Below are positions 13,399 to 26,131 of a stretch of 64,000 nucleotides of DNA, in pieces (position 1 is the stretch's first letter; every line of letters begins with the position of its first letter). A program made the position numbers and the translations under genes. Source of the stretch: Mobula hypostoma (Eukaryota). Under the pieces are notes generated by a model. It worked only from the letters and a program-made list of their open reading frames with translations. It had not been told where the DNA came from and made no database searches. The DNA lies in contig NC_086108.1 in assembly GCF_963921235.1 (NCBI RefSeq), positions 113,710,001 to 113,774,000 of the forward strand, given 5' to 3'.

Positions 13399-15870
13399 TT
13401 GCTGGTTAAAGAAGAGATTAACGTAATAGAAAGGAAGGACATAAGCCGGGAAGATGTGGAATCGATATGGGTAGAGCTGCGTAACACTAAGGGGCAGAAG
13501 ACGCTGGTGGGAGTTGTGTACAGGCCACCTAACAGTAGTAGTGAGGTCGGAGATGGTATTAAACAGGAAATTAGAAATGTGTGCAATAAAGGAACAGCAG
13601 TTATAATGGGTGACTTCAATCTACATGTAGATTGGGTGAACCAAATTGGTAAAGGTGCTGAGGAAGAGGATTTCTTGGAATGTATGCGGGATGGTTTTTT
13701 GAACCAACATGTCGAGGAACCGACTAGAGAGCAGGCTATTCTGGACTGGGTTTTGAGCAATGAGGAAGGGTTAATTAACAATCTTGTCGTGAGAGGCCCC
13801 TTGGGTAAGAGTGACCATAATATGGTGGAATTCTTCATTAAGATGGAGAGTGACATAGTTAATTCAGAAACAAAGGTTCTGAACTTAAAGAGGGGTAACT
13901 TTGAAGGTATGAGACGTGAATTAGCTAAGATAGACTGGCAAATGACAGTTAAAGGATTGACAGTGGATATGCAATGGCAAGCATTTAAAGGTTGCATGGA
14001 TGAACTACAACAATTGTTCATCCCAGTTTGGCAAAAGAATAAATCAAGGAAGGTAGTGCACACGTGGCTGACAAGAGAAATTAGGGATAGTATCAATTCC
14101 AAAGAAGAAGCATACAAATTAGCCAGAGAAAGTGGCTCACCTGAGGACTGGGAGAAATTCAGAGTTCAGCAGAGGAGGACAAAGGGCTTAATTAGGAAGG
14201 GGAAAAAAGATTATGAGAGAAAACTGGCAGGGAACATAAAAATGGACTGTAAAAGCTTTTATAGATATGTAAAAAGGAAAAGACTGGTAAAGACAAATGT
14301 AGGTCCCCTGCAGACAGAAACAGGTGAATTGATTATGGGGAGCAAGGACATGGCAGACCAATTGAATAATTACTTTGGTTCTGTCTTCACTAAGGAGGAC
14401 ATAAATAATCTTCCAGAAATAGTAGGGGACAGAGGGTCCAGTGAGATGGAGGAACTGAGCGAAATACATGTTAGTAGGGAAGTGGTGTTAGGTAAATTGA
14501 AGGGATTGAAGGCAGATAAATCCCCAGGGCCAGATGGTCTGCATCCTAGAGTGCTTAAGGAAGTAGTCCAAGAAATAGTGGATGCATTAGTGATAATTTT
14601 TCAAAACTCGTTAGATTCTGGACTAGTTCCTGAGGATTGGAGGGTGGCTAATGTAACTCCACTTTTTAAAAAAGGAGGGAGAAAGAAAGATTAAGGTCCC
14701 ACACAGGAGATTAGTGTGCAAACTTAAAGCACACGGTATTGGGGGTAAGGTATTGGTGTGGGTGGAGAATTGGTTAGCAGACAGGAAGCAAAGAGTGGGA
14801 ATAAATGGGACCTTTTCAGAATGGCAGGCGGTGAATAGTGGGGTACCGCAAGGCTCAGTGCTGGGACCCCAGTTGTTTACAATATATATTAATGACTTGG
14901 ATGAGGGAATTAAATGCAGCATCTCCAAGTTTGCGGATGACACGAAGATGGGCGGCGGTGTTAGCTGTGAGGAGGATGCTAAGAGGATGCAGGGTGACTT
15001 GGATAGGTTGGGTGAGTGGGCAAATTCATGGCAGATGCAATTTAATGTGGATAAATGTGAAGTTATCCACTTTGGTGGCAAAAATAGGAAAAACAGATTA
15101 TTATCTGAATGGTGGCCAATTAGGAAAAGGGGAGGTGCAACGAGACCTGGGTGTCATTATACACCAGTCATTGAAAGTGGGCATGCAGGTACAGCAGGCG
15201 GTGAAAAAGGCGAATGGTATGCTGGCATTTATAGCGAGAGGATTCGAGTACAGGAGCAGGGAGGTACTACTGCAGTTGTACAAGGCCTTGGTGAGACCAC
15301 ACTTGGAGTATTGTGTGCAGTTTTAGTCCCCTAATCTGAGGAAAGACATCCTTGCCATAGAGGGAGTACAAAGAAGGTTCACCAGATTGATTCCTGGGAT
15401 GGCAGGATTTTCATATGAAGAAAGACTGGATGAACTGGGCTTGTACTCGTTGGAATTTAGAAGATTGAGGGGGAATCTGATTGAAACGTATAAGATCCTA
15501 AAGGGATTGGACAGGCTAGATGCAGGAAGATTGTTCCCGACGTTGGGGAAGTCCAGAACGAGGGGCCACAGTTTGAGGACAGAGGGGAAGCCTTTTAGGA
15601 CCGAGATTAGGAAAAACTTCTTCACACAGAGAGTGGTGAATCTGTGGAATTCTCTGCCACAGGAAACAGTTGAGGCCAGTTCATTGGCTATATTTAAGAG
15701 GGAGTTAGATATGGCCCTTGTGGCTACGGGGGTCAGGGGGTATGGAGGGAAGGCTGGGGCGGGGTTCTGAGTTGGAGGATCAGCCATGATCATAATAAAT
15801 GGCGGTGCAGGCTCGAAGGGCCGAATGGCCTACTCCTGCACCTATTTTCTATGTTTTCTATGCTTCTATG
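13399..15870 (+). mobile_element. CR1 LINE ORF2 (APE endonuclease and RT), 5'-truncated, with an internal deletion near 14690
   Basis: YRPP, MGDFN, LDWVL, SDHN, KSPGPDG and SGVPQGS/FADD motifs. (ttctatgt)n tail. FKKGG is joined directly to KVPH, so part of RT is missing. Confidence 0.95.
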
Positions 15871-16433
15871 TATGGTGTGATCTGTCTGGATGTCACGCAA
15901 AACAAAGCTCTTCACTCGAGGAAGTTGTGGCAAGGTAAGGGCTAATAATACCCAGGCATGGATAGTCTGCAGATAGGGTGCAGTCAACTCAGGCAAGTGA
16001 AGCTTTTGAAGAGAGGTTTTTAATGAGTGCTATTCCCCTTTTGCACAACAGAGGACAGGAGCCATTTGACGTACCAAGAAAAGATAGAATTGCAAAAAAA
16101 GAATTCTATGGTGTCACTTACCATTGGTCAGTTAATTTACAAATTCTGTCATACTACTGGCTTTTAACATGGAGATTCTATTGGCTAGTGATACCTGTAT
16201 TATCATAGAATGGTGATTGCAAATAAGGAATTTGAACATCCACAAAGTTACTAATTAGTCAATATCTGTATCTAACTAATCAATTCTGTATAAAAATGGC
16301 ATTTCTGTGTTCAAACTTTGGAACAGTTTGGTATCGGGGCTGGGCTGTTCTCCTTGTTCACAAGTAAATACAGTATGACTGAAGAACAAGCACGAGGTTG
16401 CAGATCATCAGCACTTACTATAGTGAGGCTTAC

Positions 16434-16498
16434 CTGCTGTCTCCAAGTGAACTGCAATAAGCCTTTAGTAGTGGGGTCTTGCAGTTTTTCAGAATTTC
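16434..16498 (-). CDS. MSH4: MSH4 internal coding exon, 65 bp (EILKNCKTPLLKAYCSSLGDS-R)
   Basis: Acceptor ctctttag|, donor |gtaagc. Matches MSH4 KNCxTPLLxAY. Its phase-2 end joins the next exon. Confidence 0.92.
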
Positions 16499-16660
16499 CT
16501 AAAGAGCAAGAAAGCATTCTTAGACAATTGTTTTTATGCATTCTTTAAAAGTGATGATTTCTTCCCCTTGTTTCTGAAAAGGATTTGCCAACTTCCTGGG
16601 CTACTGTTATTGTAATGACACAAGAATGCTTCGTGGGCATGAAATCTACCTCTGCTCCCT

Positions 16661-17030
16661 TTAGAACATAGAACAGAGAACAGCACACTGAAGCCAAGAA
16701 AAGCACAGCACTTCTGCCCACAACATTGTGTCAATCCAATTAAATTAGTAATCAAATGGCAACCAATTCCCTTTGCCTACACAATGTCCAAATCCTTCCA
16801 TTTTCCTCACAATCATGTGCCTATCTAATGTCTCTTAAAAGTTTCTAATGTATCTGCTTCTACCACCACGTCAGGCAGTGCATTCCAGGCACCCACCACT
16901 CTATTTAAAAAAAAACGCCTCTCACATCTCCTTTGAAATTATCCCCTCCTACTTTAAATGTATGTCCTCTGGTATTAGACATTTCAAATCTGGAAAAAAG
17001 ATATTGTCTGCCTACTCTATCTACACCTCT
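16661..17030 (-). mobile_element. CR1 LINE 3' fragment, old
   Basis: (tagaaca)n tail followed by degraded CR1 3' UTR and ORF end. Confidence 0.65.
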
Positions 17031-17094
17031 CAAAGTTCAAAGTAAATTTATTATCAAGGAACATACATGTCACCATATACGTACTTTGATATGA

Positions 17095-17530
17095 TGGTGC
17101 TTTCCCACTTCATGAGGAAGGCAAAATAGAAGCATTCTCAGAGAATTTACAACCATCTCTGCATTAACAGAGACACGAGGCACACGTGGCAAGAAATTCA
17201 GAGGATTACAGACTACAAGTCTACCCTGCATGTCAGTGACCAGGATGCTTAATTCCCCAAGAGGCTGAATGTCTTCGATGCCCGGTTTGATGCACAGAAC
17301 AATGTGCTGGCGAGGAAGGCACCCCCACCCCCACCCTCGGGGGACCAGACACTTCGTCTGGTTGAGTTGAGCTGAGGAAGACCCTGGCCATAGTCAAACC
17401 ACAGAAAACTGCAGAACCCAATAATATACCAGCTGGGCTTCTGAAAGACCGCGCAGCCCAGCCGACGATGGTGCTGACAGATACATTCAATCTCTCTCTG
17501 GAACAATCTATTGTCCCCCTGGTCTTCAGT
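17095..17530 (+). mobile_element. Rex/Babar-type LINE internal fragment
   Basis: Degraded pre-RT region (ctgaatgtcttcgatgcccggtttga, acagatacattcaatctctctctg). Confidence 0.6.
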
Positions 17531-20288
17531 CCTGTTGTGGCCATTACAGAGACTTGGATGGCTCAGGGGCAGGAATGGCTACTTAGAGTGCCAGACTTTA
17601 ATGTTTCAGAAAGGACAGGGAGGAAGGCAAAAGAGCTGGGGGCGTGGCACCGCTGATCACAGATAGTGTCACAGCAGCAGAAAAGGAGGCAGTCATGGAG
17701 GGATTGTCTACTGAGTCTCTGGGGGTGGAAGTTAGAAACAGTAAGGTGTTAATAACCCTACTGGGTGATTTTTTATAGACCACCCAATAGTAACAGGGAC
17801 ACCGAGGAACAGATATGGAGACGATTATGGAACGGTGCAATAATAACAGGGTTGTTGTGATGGGAGATTTTAATCCCCAATATTGATTGGCATCCCCCAA
17901 GAGATACCAGGTCAGGTTCTGAAAGACCATTCAGCCCAAGGTTCAGATGAGGTGGAGTTTGTTAGATGTGTTCAGGAAGGTTTCCTGACACAATACGTAG
18001 GTAAGCCTTCAAGATGAGAGGCCGTACTTGATCTGGTATTGGGAAATGAAACTGGTTAGGTGTCAGGTCTCTCAGTGGGAGAGCATTTTGGAGCTAATGA
18101 TCACAATTCTATCTCCTTTACCATAGCATTAGAGAGGGATAGGAGCCGACAAGTTAGGAAAACGTTTGGTTGGAGTAAGGGGAAATATGAAGCTATCAGG
18201 CAGGAACTTGGAAACTGGGAACAAATGTTCTCAGAAATGTACGGCAAAAATGTGGCAAATATTCAGGGGATATTTGCATGGCATTCTGCACAGGTATGTT
18301 CCAATGAGACAGGATACAGGTACCATGGTGTACAAAGGCTGTTGAAAATCTAGTTAAGAAGAAAAGAAAAGCTTATGAAAGATTCAAAAAACTAGGTAGT
18401 GATAGAGATCTAGAAAATTACAAGGCTAGCAGGAAGGAGCTTAGGAGAGCCAGAAGGGGCCATGAGAAGACCTTGGTGAGCAGGATTAAGGAAAACCCAA
18501 AGACATTATAAAAGTATGTGAAGAGTAAGAGAATAAGACATGAGAGAATAGTGTGACAGTGGAAAAGTGTGTGTGGAACCAGAGGAGATAGTTGAGGTCC
18601 TTAATGAATACTTTGCTTCAGTATTTACTAAGGAAAAGGATCTTGGTGATTGTAGGGATGACTTACAGCAGATTGAAAAGCTTGAGCATATAGACATTAA
18701 GAAAGAGGATGTACTGAAGCTTTTGGATAAGTCTCTGAGACCGGATGAGATGTACCCCAGGCTACTGTGGGGAGTGAGGGAGGAGGATACTAAGTCTCTG
18801 GCAATGATGTTGGCATCATCAGTGGGGACAGGAGAGGTTCTGGAGGATTGGAGAGTTGCAAATGTTGTTCCCTTATTCAAGAAAGGGAGTAGAGATACCC
18901 CAGGAAATTATAGACCAGTGAGTCTTACTTCGGTGGTTGGTAAGTTGGTGGAAAAGATCATAAGAGGCAGGACTTATGAACATTTGGCGAGGCATAATAT
19001 GATTAGTAATAGCTAGCATGGCTTCGTCAAAGGCAGATCGTGTCTTATGAGCCTGATTGAATTTTTTGAGGATGTGACTAAATACATTGATGAAGGTGGA
19101 GCCATAAATGTAGTGTATATGGATTTCAGCAAGGCATTTGATAAAGTACCCCATGCAAAGCTTATTGAGAAAGTAAGGAGGCATGGGATCCAAGGGGACC
19201 TTGCTTTGTGGTTCCAGAATTGGCTTGCTCACAGAAGGCAAAGAGTGTAGACGGGTCATACTCTGCATGGAGATCAGTGACCAGTGGTGTGCCTCACGGA
19301 TCTCTTCTGGGACCACTTCTCTTCGTGATATTTATAAATGACCTGGATGAGGAAGTGGAGGGATGGGTTAGTAAATTTGCTGATGACAAAGGTTGGGAGT
19401 GTTGTGGATAGTGTGGAGGGCTGTCAGAGGTTACAACAGGACATTGATAGGATGCAAAACTGGGCTGAGAAGTGGCAGATGGAATTCAACCCAGATAAGT
19501 GTGAGATGGTTCATTTCGGTAGGTCAAATATGATGGCAGAATACAGCATTAATAGTAAGACTCTTGTCAGGGTGGAGGATCAGAGGGATCTTGGAGTCCG
19601 AGTCCATAGGACACTCAAAGCTACCGCACAGGTTGTCTGTGTGCTTAAGAAGGCATACGGTGTATTGGCCTTCATTAACCATGGGATTGAGTTTAAGAGC
19701 TGAGAGGTAATGTTGCGGTTGATAGGACCCTGGTCAGACCCCACTTGGAGTACTGTGCTCAATTCTGGTCGCCTCACTACATGAAGGATGTAGAAACTAC
19801 AGAAAGGGTGCACAGGAGATTTACAAGGATGTTGCCTGGATTGGGGAGCATGCCTTATGAGAATAGGTTGAGTGAACTCAGTCTTTTCTCCTTGGAGCAG
19901 TGGAGGATAAGAGGAGACCTGATAGAGCTGTATAAGATGATGAGAGGCATTGATCGTGTGGATAGTCAGAAGCTTTTTCCCAGGGCTGAAATGGCAACAC
20001 AAGAGGGCACAGTTTTAAGGTGCTTGGAAGTAGATACAGAGCAGATGTCAGGGGTAAGTTGTTTTTTATGAAAACGCAGTGAGTGGTGAGTGCGTGGAAT
20101 GGGCTGCCAGCAACAGCAGTGGAGGCAGATATGATAGGGTCTTTTAAGAGACTCCTGGATAGGCACATGGAGCTTAGAAAAATAGAAGGCTATGGGTAAT
20201 CCTAGTTAATTTCTAGGAAAGTACATGTTCGGCACAGCATTGTGGGCTGAGGGGCCTGTATTGTGCTGTAGGTTTTCTAAGTTTCATC
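17531..20288 (+). mobile_element. CR1 LINE, degraded ORF2
   Basis: AITETW, GNYRPVSLTS, MDFSKAFDKVPH and SGVPHGS/FADD motifs spread over several frameshifted ORFs. 3' tail at about 20270. Confidence 0.92.
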
Positions 20289-20329
20289 CATCGGGGACAT
20301 TTATCAGGAGTGATACGAATGCAGAGCCC

Positions 20330-20808
20330 TGTCAGAGCACTGGAGCAGGGATCCAATCGCAGAGCCAGTACTGTGCACACAGTGATATTAACTGAGTAAC
20401 AAATCCCAAAGTGCAAACAAAGTCAGCGTCAAAGTTCACATAGAGATCAAAACATCCAGAGAAATCCAAAAACCAGAATTGGGGAACAGGCAGAGCTGGT
20501 ATTCAGACAAGCAGAGTACAGATACGGATGCTGAAAAGGCTCAGGAAAATTTATTGGCATAATCTGGCAACAAACGGGTGGAAACACAGGACTGAAATAC
20601 ACTGAGCAATAAACAGAGAGGCAGATGATAGGTGGAGCACAATGAGACACAGGTGGCAGCAATACAGGTAATAATGAGAAACAGGTGAGAGACGGAGTAC
20701 TCAGTAATACAGGGGCCGGAGAAAGCAGGAGCACATAGCAATACAAAACCACAGACTGACGGCTGGAGGAAACACACAAAAGACAGAGTTCAGCTGGAGG
20801 TACTGACA
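20330..20808. mobile_element. Solo LTR (Gypsy-type), 479 bp
   Basis: TGTCAG...CTGACA termini with a perfect 5-bp TSD AGCCC (20325-20329, 20809-20813), inside a Rex-type 3' fragment. Confidence 0.85.
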
Positions 20809-23800
20809 AGCCCTTCATATTATCAAGAATCCGACCCATCCATCCAACATCCTCTTTGATGTTTTACTGATAGGAAGGAGGCCACGAAACATAAAATCAA
20901 GAATGGTCAGGATGAGAAACTGTTTCTTCCCCCAGGCCATTAGGCTTCTGAACTCCCTGCTGCATCGTAGTAAAGAGTCACTAGTTAATCTGTTCCATAC
21001 CTTATAATACTTAATATTAATGCACTTTAGTTTGTTATTTGTGTGATTCATCTGTAGATTTTATCCTTAGCTTCAAAAGTTATTGTGCGTTACGTATACT
21101 ACTGTGCTTTACACCCTAGTTCAGAAGAACATTGTCTCGCTTCTATATACATTATTTGTTATATACATGTGAAACCCCTTTTTACTGGGCATCTCTAGAA
21201 ACGGCTTGTTAGCCCCTCACTAACAGCCTCCGACTCCACAGTGAAAAACCCACCTTTCTCCAGCTTCGTACGTCTCGAGTGTATACAGCAATTCCATGAG
21301 ATTGGGATGTCTCGCCCACCCAAACCCCGGTGCATGCTCCTGTAATAGCCCGTCAGCATGAAATAACAGATCACACACTGCATACAATTATAAAGAAGTA
21401 TATTTATGAATGTTAACTTAACCAAAGATTTAGTAAAGGGAAAAAAAAACAAAAAGGGCCCATTAAAATTAAACAGTAAAATGTGCAGGCTGGAGCTCAA
21501 ATCTTCCAAAAGCCATATTCACCAATCCTTGGTAGACCTCTTTGCCTTGGCTCCATCGAATCGTGTTTTCTCACCGGATTGACTCCGACGACTGGTTCTC
21601 TCTGGCGTCTTCTCTCTTCCTCTTGCGCCAAACAAAGACCAAGACCAACCTTAGTATCCCTCACAAAACCTCTCCCTCCAGCATTCTCTAGAAGCTTCTC
21701 CCAGTTCCACCATCCTACTTGGATGACGCACATTCCTAAGCCTCCCTTAACAGCCCAAACAGGCTGGAAGAAGAACAGTCTGCTCTTACAGAACTGCTAA
21801 AATGAAATAACTACAACATTACAATAAAAATGTGAATCAAGGCTTACGCTTCCCCCGCCCCCCACTAAAAGTAGTACATAGGACAGCCTATCCGGGGTTG
21901 CCTGACTCTTTGTGATCTCCTTATCCCATCATCCACTTCTTCATTTTCAGACTCTCCTTGGGATCTTTCCTGTCTATGTGGAGAGGCCTCCCCCATTACT
22001 AGTGTCTTCCAGCAACCCAAGTCCCCCGTCACTTGGCCTAACTCAGCTTCATTCCCAGTTACTTTAGAGGCCAGTGTCCCTTCATTGTCCAGCCGCAAGC
22101 CTTTCTGTCTACTGCTAGTCTCCCCCCCCACCACCCCATCCCCCATTTCATCTGCATCAGCATGGGGAGATTTGGGAATCTCTTCGTCAATTATTGGGGG
22201 GTTTACATAGGGTAACATATACCACACCTCCATTTCCCCATCCTCTGAGCCCATACAACATTCAGTGGTTAAGTCCCCTTCAGGTCTCCCAACTGCTTGT
22301 CTTTCTGTTCTCCCACGTCACCACAAGGTCTGCCCACTAGGTGTAGGGTCTATGTCAGGCTCTGGGTCAACGCATACCTCTTGTCCCAAAGATAGAAGGT
22401 GGTTCTGGTGGAGAATTTCACAGGTCCATTCCCATCTGCTGGCTTCGCCCAAAAAAACTGGCATCTGACTCTCCATAACATAAGACGTAGCCACCCAGTG
22501 TTCAGCCAACTTATGCTTCCCTGGTAGGACCAAATTCTTTCTGAGAACTCTGTCTCCAAGCAGTAGTGGGAGAACCTAATCTTTTGATCATATCTTCTCT
22601 TATTTCCTTGATTCTGCTTGGTACCAGAGACCTCTGCTAGTTCATCAGCCTTTTGCAATTCCCTGCTCATGACATACACATACTTAAGATTGGTCTTCTG
22701 CGGCAAGTCTTCCCCAACAGTTCTGAATCAGAGGTCAACAGGCAACCTTGCTTCATGCCCAAACATCAAGTAATATGGTGAGTATCCAGAAGCTTGATTC
22801 TGGGTACAGTTGTAGCAGTGAGCCAGATGCCCAATATGCTGACTCCATTTGTTCTTCTTGCTGATCTCCAGGGTTGCAAGCATGTCTAGCAATATCCGGT
22901 TGAACCTCTTGGGCTGGAGACCACCCTGAAGGCGATAAGGTGAAGTCCTCAATTTCTTGACTCCAAGCATGCTCAGGAACTCGTGTATGAGCCTACTCTC
23001 AAAATCCCTTCCCTGATTGCTAAGTATCCATCTAGAAAGGCCATAATGAATGAAATATTTTTCCCATAACACTTTGGCTATGGTGGCCACCCTCTGATCC
23101 TTTGTTCAGAAGGCCTGAGCATATCTAGTGTAGTGATCAGTAATAACCAAGACATTTGCCTGGAATCAGGCTCTATGGAGACGAAATCCATATAGACCAA
23201 ATCAAGTGGCTCCGCACTCTACAAATGGGATAAAGGAACAGCCCTCATGGGCAGCATCTTCCTCCAAATACATCAAATGCACGACCTACAGTACTCCTTG
23301 ACCTCAGGCTTCATTAAAGGCCAGTACAACTCATCTCTGACCAATCCATAGGTCTTGGCAAACTCCAAAGGACCTGAATCATCATGAAGTGACTTCAACA
23401 CAATCCTCTGATACTTCTTAGGCAGAACCAACTGGGAACGCCAAGGCCTGTCTGGAGGAGGCGTGACCCGGTATAGAAACTGGTCACTCCAATGGAACTC
23501 CAGTTTGTTCCATTCTCTCAGAAGTATAGGCATGGCAGGGTGTTTCTTCTTTTCAGCTTGGGCCATATCCCCTTCCATAAAAGCTGACCAAACAGTACCT
23601 ATACAAGGGTCATCTCGCTGAGTGGCAGCCACTTCCCCAGGACTCAACTCAGGCAACTGCTTTGTACTCAGAACAGTCAGGTTGCAGTAAGCTTGTGGAA
23701 TAGCACAACTAGAAGCTCTCAAATGATTCACCACTCTATCCTGCCCTTGCCTTGCCTCTGTCTTCACCGTGACAGAACTCTGGCACGTTGCTTTAAGTCC

Positions 23801-26093
23801 AGGTGCAGGAACACTCTCCCACCCTCAGTCCATTTCCAGCCCTTCATGTGCACATTGGGACAATGCACCCGCTCCAATATTCTGGTTTCCCAGTCAGTAC
23901 CTCAGGCTGAAATCATAGGCAGACAACACCATCAACCAACGATGGCCTGTCGCATCCAATTTCTCCGAGGTCAGGATATAAGTCAATAGATTGATGTCTG
24001 TCCTCACCTCAAACTTGGCACCATATAGTCAGTCATTTAACTTATTCCCTACAATCCATTTCAAAGCCAGAAACTCCAATTTGTGTGTGGGGTAATTTCA
24101 CTCGGAGGGTGGCAGTCTCAACTGTGTGCCCCGATCGTGATATAGCCCTCTTGGCTGGCATCTGTATGTAATACATACGGCAAATGGGGGTTTACAAAAG
24201 CCAACAGAAGCACTTTCGTCAGCAGCTCCTTCAACACCTGAAAGCCCTCTTCACATTTTGCATCCCATCTTGCTCCAAAGGGCTAAGATAAACTTTACCA
24301 TATTTTCCCATTCTTCCTCAAGAGAGGGTAACTGCATAGAAGCTGATTCAAGGGTGACTCACTTTAGAGTAGCCCTTCCCGAACCTTCGATAGTACCCAT
24401 GGAATCCAAGAAACCAGCAGGGGGCGCTCACATTCTTGGGCCTCGGCCAAATCTGCCCCTATCTTTGGCAGATCCATAGCTAATCCATCCCATGAGACTA
24501 TGTGCTCAAACCCAATGTAGTTGACAGATATCTTGCAGAACTGGCAACTTGTCCAGTGACAGTTTTAACCCTTCAGCTTTAAGGCCACCTAACACCTGCA
24601 GTAGCCTCGCCTCATGCTCTTCCAGGGTGGATCCAAACACTATGAGATCATCCGGTATGTTAGCACCTCAAGCAAGTTCATATCCTCAACAATTTTCTTC
24701 ATGACATGCTGGAAAGTAGCCAGTACTCCTGATATGCCCTGGGATATCCTTTCAAACTGAAAGAATCCAAGTGGACATATGAATGCTGTCTCCTCCTTAT
24801 CAGCCTCACTTATGGGTACCTGATAATACCCACTCCTTAGGTCCAGCACACTGAACCACTTCACTTCACTCAGGCAGGCCAGTGCATCCTCGATCCTCAA
24901 AACAGTACACTGATCGGGGACTGTGCGTCGGTTCAGAGTCTGATATCCAACATACATTCCTACCTTCCCATTCTTCTTCCTCATCACCACGACGGGGGAC
25001 ACATAGGGACTCCTAGACTCAGTGATAATCCCAGATTCCTTCAGCTTCTGCAAAACATCCTCCACCTTGGTGGGTGCGAGTCGCCAAGACCTTTCTCTGA
25101 AGAGGGTGTCCTCTGTCACTCGGATGGTGTGGCGAGTACTCTTGGAACAACCCACATCAAACTCATCAGTAGAAAAGACATCTTCAAACTTCAACACCTT
25201 CTCTGTCAATCTCCTCTACCAAACTCCAGGTACCTGGGAGTCACCAAAGCTGAATGACTTGGCTGTCAACTTTCCCTTTCCAGGAGATGGTTTCTCTCCT
25301 GCTGTCTCACGGGAAAACTAGACGTGACAGTCACTGAAAAAAGGTGTGTCACTGGCATTCCCCTCCCTCTTCAAGGTGTTACTGACAATCACGGTCATCC
25401 TGTTTACCTGAACAGCCGATGGCTTTTGCAGTTTGGGCCTCATCGGTACCCAGCAGGTAAGCGTGACTCCTCTTTGTGGTCTTCCAGAACATCCACCAGA
25501 AGGGCCTTAGCATCAGGCATTCTGGAAAATTTGGAGTTTCCCATCACTCTGGTTACTTCCCCAGGCCATAACATGACGGTTTGGACTGGGTGTACCACAC
25601 AGTTCCTCCTTTGTGCTCATCATCCAGCCTAGGATAGGCATGCACTTCCTCAAAAGCAGCTCTGAGCACAGCTCTCTTCAACTTTCTCCTCGTAGGCTCC
25701 CACTAGTCTCCTTACAATTGGCGTATTTATCCCCACAAGAATTGAAGCTTCATCCTTCTCGACCAGGTCTGGACAAACCAACACCAACATATCAAGGACC
25801 TCAGCTACTCCCACATCTGCCTCCGAAAACTCCAGCTTCAACAAGTAACCACCATACAGGTAGTCATCAGTACTAAAGCTCTCGGGCACTGAGTGGCATC
25901 AATGGCAAAGGCATCAAATACCAGTTGTAGAAGGATCTGTACAGCAGAGTAACCTGAGAATGTGTGTCAAGTATGGATCTAGCAAAACCACCCTCAATCC
26001 AAACACAAAGTACTCTGGAGATGCTGGGGTCAAAGCAACACTCACAACATGCTGGAGGAACTCAGCAAGTCGGGCAGCATCTGTGGAAACGAT

Positions 26094-26131
26094 CAGTTGA
26101 TGTTTCGGGCCGCAACCCTTCGTCAGGACTG
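26094..26131 (-). ncRNA. Minimal hammerhead motif in the inverted PLE repeat, CpG-decayed
   Basis: Minus strand reads CAGTC-CTGACGA-AGGGttgcggCCC-GAAA-CA-TC-AACTG. Confidence 0.7.

Noticed and set aside
13324..14694. Longest ORF (456 aa) as a host gene
   Set aside because: It is CR1 ORF2 (endonuclease and linker) broken by an internal deletion, with no genuine start.
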